This document shows positions 30,894 to 41,300 of a stretch of 64,000 nucleotides of DNA, in pieces. Positions within the stretch are counted from its first letter, which is position 1. Every line of letters begins with the position of its first letter. The notes beneath the pieces are model-generated. The model worked only from the letters and a program-made list of their open reading frames with translations, was not told the DNA's origin and did not search any database. A program made the position numbers and the translations under genes. Source of the DNA: Planctomycetota bacterium (GTDB taxonomy: Bacteria; Planctomycetota; UBA1135; UBA2386); contig JBKAGP010000001.1 of assembly GCA_046290465.1 (NCBI GenBank), positions 3,936,001-4,000,000 on the forward strand. Direction: 5' to 3'.

Positions 30894-31148
30894 CTACGCG
30901 CTCGCCTCCATGAACCTCAGCACGGCCGCGGCGGCGAGCAGCGTGCGCCCGCGCACGCGGCGCGGCTCGGGGAATCCTGATCGTGGGTCGGCCATCAACC
31001 GCCACACAGTGCGCGTGCTAAGGCGGCACATGAAGGCGGCTTCCGGCACAGACCAGAACATCTTCTCGCGCAGCGACTTCTCGTCGAAGAGTGCGGTTTC
31101 GGGACTGGCTGCCGGGGGCGCCGCATGGATGTCGGTGCGTTCGGTCAC
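30894..31148 (-). CDS. Excisionase/AlpA-like HTH protein
   Basis: WSVPEAAFMCRLSTRTVWRL...FPEPRRVRGR; directly upstream of the integrase. Confidence 0.82.
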   Translation of the reverse strand: MTERTDIHAAPPAASPETALFDEKSLREKMFWSVPEAAFMCRLSTRTVWRLMADPRSGFPEPRRVRGRTLLAAAAVLRFMEASA

Positions 31149-31447
31149 AGGCCCACCTCCGGGTCGATCTCGAGCGCCTCGAAGATCGCGGCTTCGATGG
31201 CACGTCTGGCGTCGTCATCGACGGGGCGGATGTAGGCGTGCTTGCGACCTTGCCGGTCGGTGCGCGCGGGGAAGCTCAGGGCCGGGCGCCGCGCGGCGGT
31301 CATGCGGAGAGTGATGCCGTCGAGCAGCAGCACGCCGCCGATCACGGCCGTCACGTAGCCGACCAGGCCGGTGCGGATCTCGCGGTCGCTTGCGCGGGTG
31401 AAGCCGATCGATGTGACGAGTCGGTCGAGTCCGATGCGATCAGACAT
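31145..31447 (-). CDS. SpoVG-like nucleic-acid-binding protein
   Basis: RBS GGAGG; LVGYVTAVIGGVLLLDGITL...LSFPAR...YIRPV...IEAAIF fits the SpoVG-like pattern. Confidence 0.7.
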   Translation of the reverse strand: MSDRIGLDRLVTSIGFTRASDREIRTGLVGYVTAVIGGVLLLDGITLRMTAARRPALSFPARTDRQGRKHAYIRPVDDDARRAIEAAIFEALEIDPEVGL

Positions 31448-31504
31448 CTTGGCCTCCCGCCTGCGAGCGGCGAAGCAGCGGGCTGAGGGCCGTGAGTCCG
31501 CAGG

Positions 31505-31668
31505 CTTCGTGGGTTTCGGGGGTTGCTGAGCGCGCTCTACAGAAGAGGGACCTGCACTCTCCATGCAGGGCCACAGAACCCTCCAAACCCACAAAGTCCT
31601 CAGGGGCGCAGCCGCTGCAAGACTTTACGTTCCGTGGGTTGCGAAACCGAACCCACGAAACCCACGCG
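31505..31668. promoter_or_regulatory. Putative replication origin with AACCCAC iteron-like repeats in both orientations
   Basis: cgtgggtttc, aaacccac, cgtgggtt, gaacccacg and aaacccacg within about 160 bp directly downstream of the primase gene. Confidence 0.55.
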
Positions 31669-31675
31669 TGACGAC

Positions 31676-34219
31676 TCATCGGGCGGCCTCCTCAAGGTGG
31701 TAGAGGCTCGTTCCGCCTGAGCCACGACGCCGCACGACGAATCGCCCAACAGGGCGGTCCCTCAGCGGCCCAAGGACTCGGCGGGAGAAGCGAGCCGCGT
31801 GCCCGCTGTCCGGGCCGGCAAAGGCAGATTCAAAGATGCCAAGCGAACGAGCCGTCTCCATTGCTTCGGTGGACTTGACCTCGGCCTTGCCGTGCTCGTT
31901 CCACCATTTGTCGACCAGGGCCTCGGCGTCGGCGTTGAAGTCGTCCCCCTGACGAACCCACGACGAGTAGTTCATCATCCATGCGGTCGCCCCAGCGTGA
32001 TGTAGTGCAGCACCGACAACGCGCGCCCATTGCTCGAACCCTCCCATGCGGATCAAGTCCGAAGGAATGGGAGATCCAGCATCGCGCCAGGCGAACACGA
32101 TCCCGAGCAGCGCCTCCAGAGCGGCGCGCCGGCGTTCCTTCGCATACCGCCGGATGTCCGGGTGCTTGAAGTCGCGACGGTTCTCTGGCCGGCCATCAAC
32201 GGGTTGGAGGCGGATCGGAACTGTCCGTTTCGCGAGCTCGCTCGTGACCTTCGGGTTGTTGCCCGACATGACGACGATCAGTGTGTTGTCCAGCGACGTG
32301 AGAGCAGACTTGCCCAGCAGGCGCCCGGACCAGACCCGTGAGGTGCCGAGTGATGCGAGCCCGGGGCTGTCGAGGACCTCCTCCGGTGGCAGATTGTCGA
32401 AGTGCACGAGCGTTGTGCCGGCCAAGAGGCTCGACGTGATCCGCTTTTCGCGCTCCTCTTCCGTGCGTCCGAGTTGCAGGACAGGCGCATCATCGCGCCC
32501 GAGGATCACTCTGCCGAACGCTGTGTTGATCAGGAGACCCTTGCCTGTGCGTTCCAGCGGAGCGTGAACGAGGTGGAAGGGTATCGAGCCGTCGATGGCT
32601 TCGCGGCATAGCGCCGTGAGCATCATCCCGATGACGTTTTGGCGCGAGGCGTCGTCAGCGAAAGGGAAGTCGAATAGGAGGTCTTCAAGGACGGCGAGAG
32701 CGCCTTCCGGTTGCGGCTGTAGGTCGGCGAGTTCTTCATCGCGGTCGTAGACGATCCCGCACTCGTTCCAGCCCGGTTGGAGGATCTCCAACGAAGAGTC
32801 GAACGCGGGATAGCTGACGATGCCGCGCAGCTCGCGCAGCCCGGGCGCAGTTCGAGCTGTGCTGAGCACGACCGCGGACAGGTCGCGTGAGCATGGCTTG
32901 AACCGTCGCATGACGTCCTCACGTTGCTTGCTTGCGACCTCGGTGACGAGGTGCATGTGCTGGTCGATGACGGCTCGCAACCGATGTTCATCAACCAAGT
33001 CGAACTTCAGTTGGCCTCGCTCGCGCACGACCTCGCCGACTTGCCCACCCCGACGGTACAGGGCGCCCGGAGGCAAGGCGCGGAGTGCCTGTTCAACAAA
33101 TCGGTCTATGCCAACGCGGCCCGACGCATGGTCGCCAGGAACAAGAACGGTGACACGGGAAGCGGGCCCGACGAGTGACGCACCGTGTCGTCGATCCACC
33201 CCACCGGCGACTCGTCCAGCCGCGCCTTCTCGTCCCTCGATCGGCGAAGTGCTACGGGACCGATATCGCTGCCGCCACCCGGGATCGGCGTCGTCGAACA
33301 TGCCGAACAAGCTCGCGATGCTGCTTCCGGCGATTCCCGGCCACTTGCGACGGATCTCGTCTTCGTCGAATTGTTCTGACGACTTGGAGAACTCGATCCA
33401 GAGGCGCAGTCCATCGTCTCCGAGCGCACGAAGGGCGCTACCTACCCGGAACCAGCTGTCGTAGCCGGAGTCCGGGTCGAGCAGTCGTTCATGGACGAGC
33501 CCCCACTCGGCGCGATCGAAATCACGCTCCTCGACTCGGGGCGGCGAAGACGAACGCTTCGATTCGGGCTCTTTCCCGTAGATCCCCAGGAACTCCAGCC
33601 AGGCTTGGTTGGGCACCACGGGGTCGCATTCGAGAATCGAACGGTCTTCGACCCACTCGTATCGCTTACCCGACTGGTGGATGGAAGGGGGCACGACGAC
33701 TTGGTGGTGGCAAGTCCGCAGGTCGACGCCGCCACCGGCCTCCTTGAACCGCCGGGCGATCTTGGCTTTCACGCTGTCGACCTTGATGCCGCTGGGAAGC
33801 CTGAGCCAGTGATGGCACCCGCCTCCACCCGTGCGCGCGAGGGGACCAGCGAGCGGACCCAGGTCTGCTTCAAGCCTGGCCATGGTCTTGGCGCCGCCGT
33901 TCCGCGGATCAACATCGAGGACGAACTCCTCAGGAAGCGGGCACATGCCGATGTTTGCCGTCGCGTAGCGCCCCCAGGCGCGGTGTACCGCCGCCCGGTC
34001 CGTGATGAGCTTATCCAGCCACCCCTTCTCACGGGGGTGCTTGCCGGTCGCGTCGGCCCCGCCTTTGGAAGGGCAGCCGCCGCGTGCGTTTCCACACGAG
34101 CACGATGCGTCCGCCGTGGGCTCGTGCAGTAGCACCAAACGCTTCCCGCCATCGACGTAGCGGCAGGCGTCGCCGAGGTTGCTCTCGGGCGACTGCCCGA
34201 TGGAGTTCTTGGAGTTCAT
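31676..34219 (-). CDS. Bifunctional primase-polymerase (Prim-Pol) with PriCT-2 domain and C-terminal P-loop helicase-like domain
   Basis: GKHP, ANIG, VLDVDPRNGG, TGGGGxH, VVVPPSIH; YDSWFRVGSAL; Walker A-like APLERTGKG. Confidence 0.88.
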   Translation of the reverse strand: MNSKNSIGQSPESNLGDACRYVDGGKRLVLLHEPTADASCSCGNARGGCPSKGGADATGKHPREKGWLDKLITDRAAVHRAWGRYATANIGMCPLPEEFVLDVDPRNGGAKTMARLEADLGPLAGPLARTGGGGCHHWLRLPSGIKVDSVKAKIARRFKEAGGGVDLRTCHHQVVVPPSIHQSGKRYEWVEDRSILECDPVVPNQAWLEFLGIYGKEPESKRSSSPPRVEERDFDRAEWGLVHERLLDPDSGYDSWFRVGSALRALGDDGLRLWIEFSKSSEQFDEDEIRRKWPGIAGSSIASLFGMFDDADPGWRQRYRSRSTSPIEGREGAAGRVAGGVDRRHGASLVGPASRVTVLVPGDHASGRVGIDRFVEQALRALPPGALYRRGGQVGEVVRERGQLKFDLVDEHRLRAVIDQHMHLVTEVASKQREDVMRRFKPCSRDLSAVVLSTARTAPGLRELRGIVSYPAFDSSLEILQPGWNECGIVYDRDEELADLQPQPEGALAVLEDLLFDFPFADDASRQNVIGMMLTALCREAIDGSIPFHLVHAPLERTGKGLLINTAFGRVILGRDDAPVLQLGRTEEEREKRITSSLLAGTTLVHFDNLPPEEVLDSPGLASLGTSRVWSGRLLGKSALTSLDNTLIVVMSGNNPKVTSELAKRTVPIRLQPVDGRPENRRDFKHPDIRRYAKERRRAALEALLGIVFAWRDAGSPIPSDLIRMGGFEQWARVVGAALHHAGATAWMMNYSSWVRQGDDFNADAEALVDKWWNEHGKAEVKSTEAMETARSLGIFESAFAGPDSGHAARFSRRVLGPLRDRPVGRFVVRRRGSGGTSLYHLEEAAR

Positions 34220-34346
34220 AGCCTGTGGCGCTCACCGCACTTGCGGTCGAGCTCTCACAGGGGGGGCTGACTTTCGACAGCTCTTCGTCGAAACGCGTCC
34301 TGCTCCGTCCAAGAACGTCGTAGGACGTCGGAAAATGGCCCGCCGC

Positions 34347-36173
34347 CTACCTTCGCCCTGGCTGATTTGGGCTGGTTCGGTCGTGGAATCCGGCCTCTCG
34401 GCGCACGCCTGGGTTGCTCATCGCGGCGTCAACAGCGCGGTCTTGGCGGGCCTTCTGACAATCCTGATCAGCACGTTCTCGAGCGCGCTTTTCCAGATTG
34501 CACCACCAAGCAAGCAAGCGGCCTTCATTCGCCATCACCTTGCGCATCCCCCGCTTCGTGATCGGGCCGCCCAGTTGCTCGTTGAGCTTCTTGACCTTCT
34601 CGCGATCGTTGCGGTTCTTCGCCTCGAATCCGAGCGCAGGGAGGATCTCGGGCCAGCCGTGCAGCATCGTCGCGTTGGCGCCGTCCTCGGCTCGTTCAGC
34701 GGCGGCCGCTTGGGGGGCATGGGGCTCGTTGACTTGGTCATCCGCCTCTGGTTCTGGGGCCGCGGGTTCCCGACGGGCACCGGATTCAAGGAGGCGTTGC
34801 GTGTCCTTGACACCCGACTGTCCCTGGAGAAGTTGTTCGTCGATTGGCGCCGCCGTGATGCTCGCGAGAAATGTGCACATTCGAGTTCCCAGACGTCCGA
34901 TCTGCAGGAAGAGCGTGTGTTCATGTTCTGCAGTCTCCGCACGGTCGCTCGTAGCTTCGATCCACTGACTGCTACCCTCGGCTGATCCCGGCTCTGTGGA
35001 CTGGGCCCGCACACTCACGTCCGGGAGCATGATCTCGGAAGCGGTTCCTGTCATTCGGCCCAACCAGCTTGAGGCGGCCTCGAGAAAGATCAGCCTCCGC
35101 AGAAAGGAGCCGTGCGGACGGCTCATGATGACCTCTTGCCGTGCCGGGTGTTCGTGTACATCCAGCTTGTAGGCGAGGCGGGCGAATCCGACCTTTTCGG
35201 GCCAAGCGCCGAGCCTTTCGGTCGCCGACCTGAAGGCCGTGAATCTCGGTCGGGGATGCGGGGCGGTCCACCACCCAAGCCAAGTCGGCGGCTTGTTGGG
35301 CATGGGCACGGCGCCGAACGCCAAGAGGCGCAAGAGGAGTCCTCCAGCCTCGGAAAGCTGCGTCCGCATGCTCTCGACGATCTGCCAAGAAGGAGCGCGT
35401 CGGAGGGAATCCGTGTCCTTCTCCAGGGACCTCGCCAGCTCGATCAGTGACTGAGCGGTTCGTCGCCGATTGAGGTGACCGATCCGAGATCGCACCAAGC
35501 GGAGCGACTTGACGCTCTGGGGCGGAAGCCAGTCATCGTGCGCAGCACGATGGCCATGGTTCGGCGACGTGCTGCCATTGGTGCGACCCGTTGTGTTCGG
35601 CATCATGCGCAGGACCCCCGCCCCTTCGCGCTCGGCGCCGCATCGGAGTCGCTGGAGCAGCTTGTGGTCTGCCAGCACCTTGAAGATGTTCAGTCGAGTC
35701 GCGCCTGCTCGGTTTTTGCGGGTGTCCCGCTTGAAGCCGTCGAGCCCGATCAGCTCGTCGTCGAGAATGACGTTCGGCTTCAGGTGCCCGACTGCGATCC
35801 TCCCGAGAGCGAGGCCAAGCTCGTGGTAGCTGGACCTCGCGAGGGGCCCGCACTCGACTGCTTGCGGGCTCGCCGCTGTGAATGCCTGACCAACGGTCGC
35901 CGAGCAGTCGTCGGAATGGCGGCCCCAGAGTTCGTTGGCCTTCTCGACCTCGGAGCTGAGTTCGATGAAGTCGCCACGCCACTGCTGGCGAACCGCGTCA
36001 ACGGTGAAGAACTCAGGGTCAGCGTCTGGGTGCGCGAAGTCGAAGCAGAGAAAGCCCTGCTGATCCCAACCGTCCCGGTGGGCGGCGCGCAGCATATCCG
36101 AGACCTTCCCGAGGATCTTGCGGACCGACTCGTGCAGCTGGCGGTAGGGGTTTTCTTGAAGAAGCTCGATCAT
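34347..36173 (-). CDS. Large hypothetical protein, possibly with a C-terminal DNA-binding domain
   Basis: 608-codon ORF with RBS; co-oriented with the replication module; no recognisable family. Confidence 0.65.
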   Translation of the reverse strand: MIELLQENPYRQLHESVRKILGKVSDMLRAAHRDGWDQQGFLCFDFAHPDADPEFFTVDAVRQQWRGDFIELSSEVEKANELWGRHSDDCSATVGQAFTAASPQAVECGPLARSSYHELGLALGRIAVGHLKPNVILDDELIGLDGFKRDTRKNRAGATRLNIFKVLADHKLLQRLRCGAEREGAGVLRMMPNTTGRTNGSTSPNHGHRAAHDDWLPPQSVKSLRLVRSRIGHLNRRRTAQSLIELARSLEKDTDSLRRAPSWQIVESMRTQLSEAGGLLLRLLAFGAVPMPNKPPTWLGWWTAPHPRPRFTAFRSATERLGAWPEKVGFARLAYKLDVHEHPARQEVIMSRPHGSFLRRLIFLEAASSWLGRMTGTASEIMLPDVSVRAQSTEPGSAEGSSQWIEATSDRAETAEHEHTLFLQIGRLGTRMCTFLASITAAPIDEQLLQGQSGVKDTQRLLESGARREPAAPEPEADDQVNEPHAPQAAAAERAEDGANATMLHGWPEILPALGFEAKNRNDREKVKKLNEQLGGPITKRGMRKVMANEGRLLAWWCNLEKRARERADQDCQKARQDRAVDAAMSNPGVRREAGFHDRTSPNQPGRR

Positions 36174-36355
36174 CCTTGGGCGTCGTCTTGGGCTGACTCT
36201 CTCGCCGCTCTCCAGCAGTGCCGGGGGCGGATATCAACCCATGCTTGCCTCGCTGCTCGCGAAAACCAACATTGCTGCCGTTCCTGTACATGGACGGGGG
36301 AACTGATTGTGGACAACTGTGCATGGCGGTGCACGGGGGGAGGCGCTGTTGAGGA

Positions 36356-37228
36356 TTATGCTCCGACCGCCGCGCGCAACCGGCCCCGATCAACCTGCGC
36401 GTAGACCGTCGTCGACACGATCGAGCGGTGCCCGAGGGCGTTCTGGACCAGGCGGAGATCGCCGGTCCGATCAAGCAGGGCCGTCGCGAAGCTGTGGCGT
36501 AGCGAGTGCGCTGACTTGCCTCGGACGCCGGCGGCTTCGAACCACCCTGCGATCCGCCGTTGCGCGTTCCGGACGCTGATGCGCCGTTCACCGGCAGTGA
36601 ACACCGGACCCGCGGTTCGGTCTCCGACGAGCTCTCGCAGCGCCTTGGCCGCCGCTGTCGGCAGCACCACCGTGGAGCGCGTGTCGTTCTTGCCGCTGCG
36701 CAGGTGCAGCTCGCCGTGCTCGAAGTCGACATCCTCGATGTCGAGCCCGATCGCGGAGCCGATCCGCACGCCGGCGTGCAGCAGCAGCAGGATCAGCGCG
36801 CGGTCACGCTCGGCGGCGCAGCCTTGGGCGGTCATGAGGACCTCGAGCAGCCGAGTCCGCTCGTCGTCGTGGAGGCCCTTGGGCGGCGGCGGCGTGCACC
36901 GCGCCCTGCGGAGCAAGCGGGCGGGGTTGCTCGCCACCAGGCCCGACTCGTGCGCCCAGCGGGCGAAGCAGCGGATACTTGTCCGCATGGCGTTCGTGCT
37001 CGAGGCCTTCTTTGCTCCGCCTCGCGCGCTGCCCGTGGCCGCGTCGCTCGCGAGGAACTCGGCGATCGCGGCAGGCGACAGGTCGTCGACGTCGGTGCTC
37101 TCGTTCGCCGTGCCCAACCAGTCGATCAGGGCCCGGACGTGCCGCTCATACTGCTTGCGCGTGTGCTGCGAACGTCCATCCGCTCGCAGCTGGACTTGGA
37201 ACTGCCGAAGGGCGTCTTGGAGGTGCAT
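36356..37228 (-). CDS. XerC/XerD-like tyrosine recombinase
   Basis: GVRIG, SGKND, AHSLRHSFAT, LGHRSI, VYA; no arm-binding domain and no IntI-specific insertion. Confidence 0.9.
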   Translation of the reverse strand: MHLQDALRQFQVQLRADGRSQHTRKQYERHVRALIDWLGTANESTDVDDLSPAAIAEFLASDAATGSARGGAKKASSTNAMRTSIRCFARWAHESGLVASNPARLLRRARCTPPPPKGLHDDERTRLLEVLMTAQGCAAERDRALILLLLHAGVRIGSAIGLDIEDVDFEHGELHLRSGKNDTRSTVVLPTAAAKALRELVGDRTAGPVFTAGERRISVRNAQRRIAGWFEAAGVRGKSAHSLRHSFATALLDRTGDLRLVQNALGHRSIVSTTVYAQVDRGRLRAAVGA

Positions 37229-37384
37229 GACCACATGCACGTCGGTCTCGGCGAGAACATCAAGTCGGCCGGAGACCCACGGAACCGAAGCCTCGCCAGC
37301 AATCCGCAGAACGGCCCCCAGCACGGTCGGCAGGACCGCACCCGGCTCAGAAATCGGGCGCAATCTCGGGAATTGTGCCGCGAT

Positions 37385-37415
37385 TCACCGTTGAAACACC
37401 GTTGCTCAACGGTGA
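37385..37415. promoter_or_regulatory. Inverted repeat TCACCGTTGA-N11-TCAACGGTGA, with a third CACCGTTG in the spacer
   Basis: Read directly, about 155 bp upstream of the recombinase start. Confidence 0.55.
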
Positions 37416-37570
37416 GCGGGATTCGAGTGGCACGATCTTTGGCTCAGTTTGAACGAAGTGCGCGGCGGATGAGTCGGGCCGGCTTGGTGCCGGTCAGCGC
37501 GCGTGCCCGGCAGGCTATCGGGCAACCTCTACCGGGGCGTCCCCATCCCCCAGGAGCGCGTCGCATTTGG

Positions 37571-38257
37571 TCAAGCATCTGACGCTGCGCTCTTGCCGTG
37601 TTCGGACGAGGGCTTCTTCGACCCCGTCGAAAGGTCGATCTCGGTCATAAGTGCGAGCATTTCCATCGAGTCTATCCACGCCCAACGCGCGCTGAATACG
37701 AACACAGCGGTCATAGCAAGAGCGGGACCCCACCAACCAAGGGGAATATCTACTCCAGCGAATACCGCGACAATGAGCGAGAGGGCGATCGCAGTAATTG
37801 ATGTCACTGAAATGCTGAACGCGTTCCAGCGGCGGCGAATCCACTTGTGGATTCCCTCGTAGCGAGACTGGATGACGCCGTGGTCGAGGCTCACACCGAT
37901 GTACACCTCCCTCCTTGGGTCGCCCACTCCCTTGCCGCCGAGGATGGCCCACGCTCGCCGAAGAACGTCGGGACGCATTACGACTTCATGCGACCGCCCA
38001 TGACTAAGGCAGAAGATGCAGAAGCCGGCTCGCAGCACGACGAACGAAATTGAGCCGATTGCGACGCCGAGAGTAAAGACGCCCGAGCCGCCGGCAGCGA
38101 GGAGCGCCACGCTTCCTTGCCAAGTGTCTGGCAGGGCAAGCGAGACCGGGAAGACGTTCGCAACAGACTTATCGGTGTCGAGAGCTAGTCCCCACAAGAA
38201 CGAGGCTACGAAGACCAGCGGGGAAACTAGGAAGCGTATTTTTCTGTCTTCGTCCAT
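37571..38257 (-). CDS. Hypothetical 4-TM membrane protein
   Basis: RBS AGGAG; two pairs of hydrophobic helices; lower GC. Confidence 0.8.
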   Translation of the reverse strand: MDEDRKIRFLVSPLVFVASFLWGLALDTDKSVANVFPVSLALPDTWQGSVALLAAGGSGVFTLGVAIGSISFVVLRAGFCIFCLSHGRSHEVVMRPDVLRRAWAILGGKGVGDPRREVYIGVSLDHGVIQSRYEGIHKWIRRRWNAFSISVTSITAIALSLIVAVFAGVDIPLGWWGPALAMTAVFVFSARWAWIDSMEMLALMTEIDLSTGSKKPSSEHGKSAASDA

Positions 38258-38320
38258 GCGCCATCGCTCCTATTACTAGTGTAGGTCGAAATCGTCCAAA
38301 AGTCAGGCACGTTCCCCGAC

Positions 38321-41300
38321 ATGGAGGCGGCCGAAGCGGGCCTCAAGGAGGCGCGCGCGTGGACGTCGCTCGCCAAGAACTGGCACGGCCTCGATCCCGA
38401 CGTGAGCATATTCTCGTGCTTCGCGGGCAACATCCCGAACGGTCCCAAGTCGGCGAGCAACCTCGTGATGACGATGCTGGCGGGCTTCCCGTTCAAGTCT
38501 CTCAAGGCGGACAAGAAGTCTCGGCACCGCCGCGATCGCGCAGCAGCCGACCACCGAGTGCTGCCAACCCGTGTCCGTCAACGACCTCTACGCGCTCTCG
38601 TTGATGCTGGGCGGCGAAGAGGTCCGCACGCAGTTCACCCCGGCCGCGCCGTCGGACCTGGTGCAGCTCGGGGGCGTCGTCTTCGCGCAGGATCCGCTGG
38701 TCGCTCGCAACCCGCAGCGCGCCAGCACGACCGGCGACCACTCGGTCGTGCTGCGCGACGTCGGCATGGGCAGCACCGACGTCTCCACCTATGGCTCCGT
38801 GGTGCGGCGGCTGCCGATGCCCGAGATGCACGACGGCTCGATGGGCGTCGCCCGCCTCTACGGCCGGTGGCTCCTGTTCGACGTCAGCTACCCGACGTGG
38901 CAGGGCTCGGGCACCCCGCTCAAGCCGTCGGTGCCGGTGCCGGACATGTCGGCGGCGCTGCTCGACCTGGACTCCGCCGTGCAGCCACGACCCGGCAGCA
39001 TGCCGGGCCTCTACCTGATGCAGGTCGAGCACGCGGCCGGCACGGCCTTCTACCAATACGGCGGACCTCTCGAGACCGGCGCCAACCCGCAGACGACCGC
39101 GGTGTTCAGCAACGCGGGCATCGGGCAGACGCAGGGTGGCTCGTCGAAGGGCTCGAAGCGACGCAAGCGTGCGGCGGCCGATGCCGCGGCGCCGCTGCCG
39201 ACGATGGTCTACCGGTTCACGAGCAACCTGTCGGGGCGCAGCTTTGGCACGACGCGACCGCGGGGCGGGCCGAGGTCCGGCACGTCGACGGCACCGTGGC
39301 GCAGTACGAGACCTTCAACCCGTACTCGTCGTCCTACCAGCCCAGTCCGCCGCGCACGCTGTGGCGGCTGACGAGCGTTCGCGACCCGTACGACAACACG
39401 TCGTCGTTCGTCTGGAACACGCAGGATCAGCTAGCGGAGGTCCAGTTCGCCTCGGGGCTGACCCAGGTGTTCGACTGGAGCCCCTCGTGGGCGTGGTCCG
39501 GGCAGGACTGCCTGGAGATCCGCTACCAACAGAACGGCGCCAGCCCGCCGGAGGCGGTCGCGCGCACGTGGGGCATCGTGTTCCAGGGTGCGACCAGCGT
39601 CACCGGCGGTCGCTACTTCGGCCGACGCCTGCATCGCGTCTACTCCTCGTCTCGCAAGGTGCTGAACGACAGCACGGGCCAGGATGCGATCGTCATCGAT
39701 GCCGCCGCCGAAGTGACGGCGCAGATCGTGCACGAGTTCGTCTACGACGTCGGCGCCGCCAACGTGCCGCCGTCGCTCTGCGAGTGGCACAAGGTGCACA
39801 GCGGCGCCCCGTTCGCGCAGGCGCTGGTCACGACGTCGCACCCGGATCGCAAGATCCTCGAGACGACCTACCTCGCCGATGGTCGATTCGGGTCCCAGGA
39901 GCGGCCGATGACCGGCGAGAAGCTGGTCGCGAGCTATCCGGTCGCGACGCGGTCCACCGAGGTGCTGACCGGCACGACCATGCAGTCGATCGAGGTCCAG
40001 AAGGTGGGCGGCTCGACGTACCGCTTCGACTACGACAAGTGGTCGGGCCGGCTCTACTCGGAGTTCGTGACGGCGAGCGACGACGCCGACGGGCGTCCGC
40101 GTGCCACCGCGTATCCGAGCGGAGCGGGCAACCCGGCCGCCGGTGTCGAGCCCGAGCAGATCGAACGGTACTGCGTCTACGCCGACGCGACGTGCGCGTG
40201 TCGCCAGCCGATCCGGATGGACGTGCGATCGACGCGGGACGGCGCGACCGTCACCCGTTCTCACGAGTACGAGTACTATCGCGGGCAGCAAGCTGCTGAA
40301 GACCTACCGCGCCCCCAATCCCGAGCACGGGGACGCCGGCCCGTATCCGTCACACGTCGAGTGGACGTATACCTACACGCAGGCTGCGGGAGCCGGCCAG
40401 GTATGGGGCGCCTGGTTGCCGCACACCGAAGCGACGCCCGATGGCACCTACACCTATACGCACACCGACATGCTGGATCGGGTCGATGCGGTCCAGCACG
40501 GCCAGATCCCGGGCACGACGGTCAAGACCATCAGCGATGTGCGGATCCAGGACTCGCTCACCAACGCGCCCAACACGAGCGTGCCGGGCTCGGCGGTGTC
40601 CGAGACCTGGTGGCGCAACCTCTCGAATGCACCCGGTGGCCTCGCCAAGCAGGGCGTCGTCAACGGGCAGGTGCGCCGGAGCGAGGACGGCGACGGGTTG
40701 CGGACCGTCTACTCGTACGACGCCAACGGGCGCCTGACGCGGGTTCTGCAGCGTTCGACCGACCAGACCGACTACGCGCTCAGCGCGATCGGGGACGTCG
40801 AACAGCTGACCCACCATGCCCTCGCGGGGCAGCCGGCGGTCGTCGTCTACGAGCTGTGCGCGTCGGGTCCGGCCGTGCGCAAGGTGACCAGCACCAGCGG
40901 CGGGTTCCTGCGCGATGCGCGCGCCTACTACGACCGCTTCGGCCACCGCACCGTGGTGCAGCGGAACAACCTGGCTTCGAACGGCAGCAAGCCGACGCGG
41001 CACGGGGCAGGCGGTCCGGCCGCCCGCGATTGGATCGAGACGCAGTACCATTATCACCACACGCAACTGATGGAGGTCTACGTCGACCGCAAGCCGTTGG
41101 ACGAGCCGGGCGGCGGGGTCGAACACCTGGTCACCAAGCTGTCCTACGGCGCGGACGGGCGCCTGGCGACGATGACGCGGCCCGGCGGCGGGGTGACGAC
41201 GATCGTGCAGGACGGCTACGGCACCGTGTTCGAGACGGTGACGCGCGACCCGCAGAACGTCGACGAGGTGCGATCTCCGGCGAGCTTCGTCAACGAGTTC

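Noticed and set aside
36356..37228. This recombinase as the integron integrase, or as chromosomal xerC/xerD
   Set aside because: It lacks the IntI-specific insertion, lies about 8 kb from the cassettes and sits inside a mobile region, so no gene symbol was assigned
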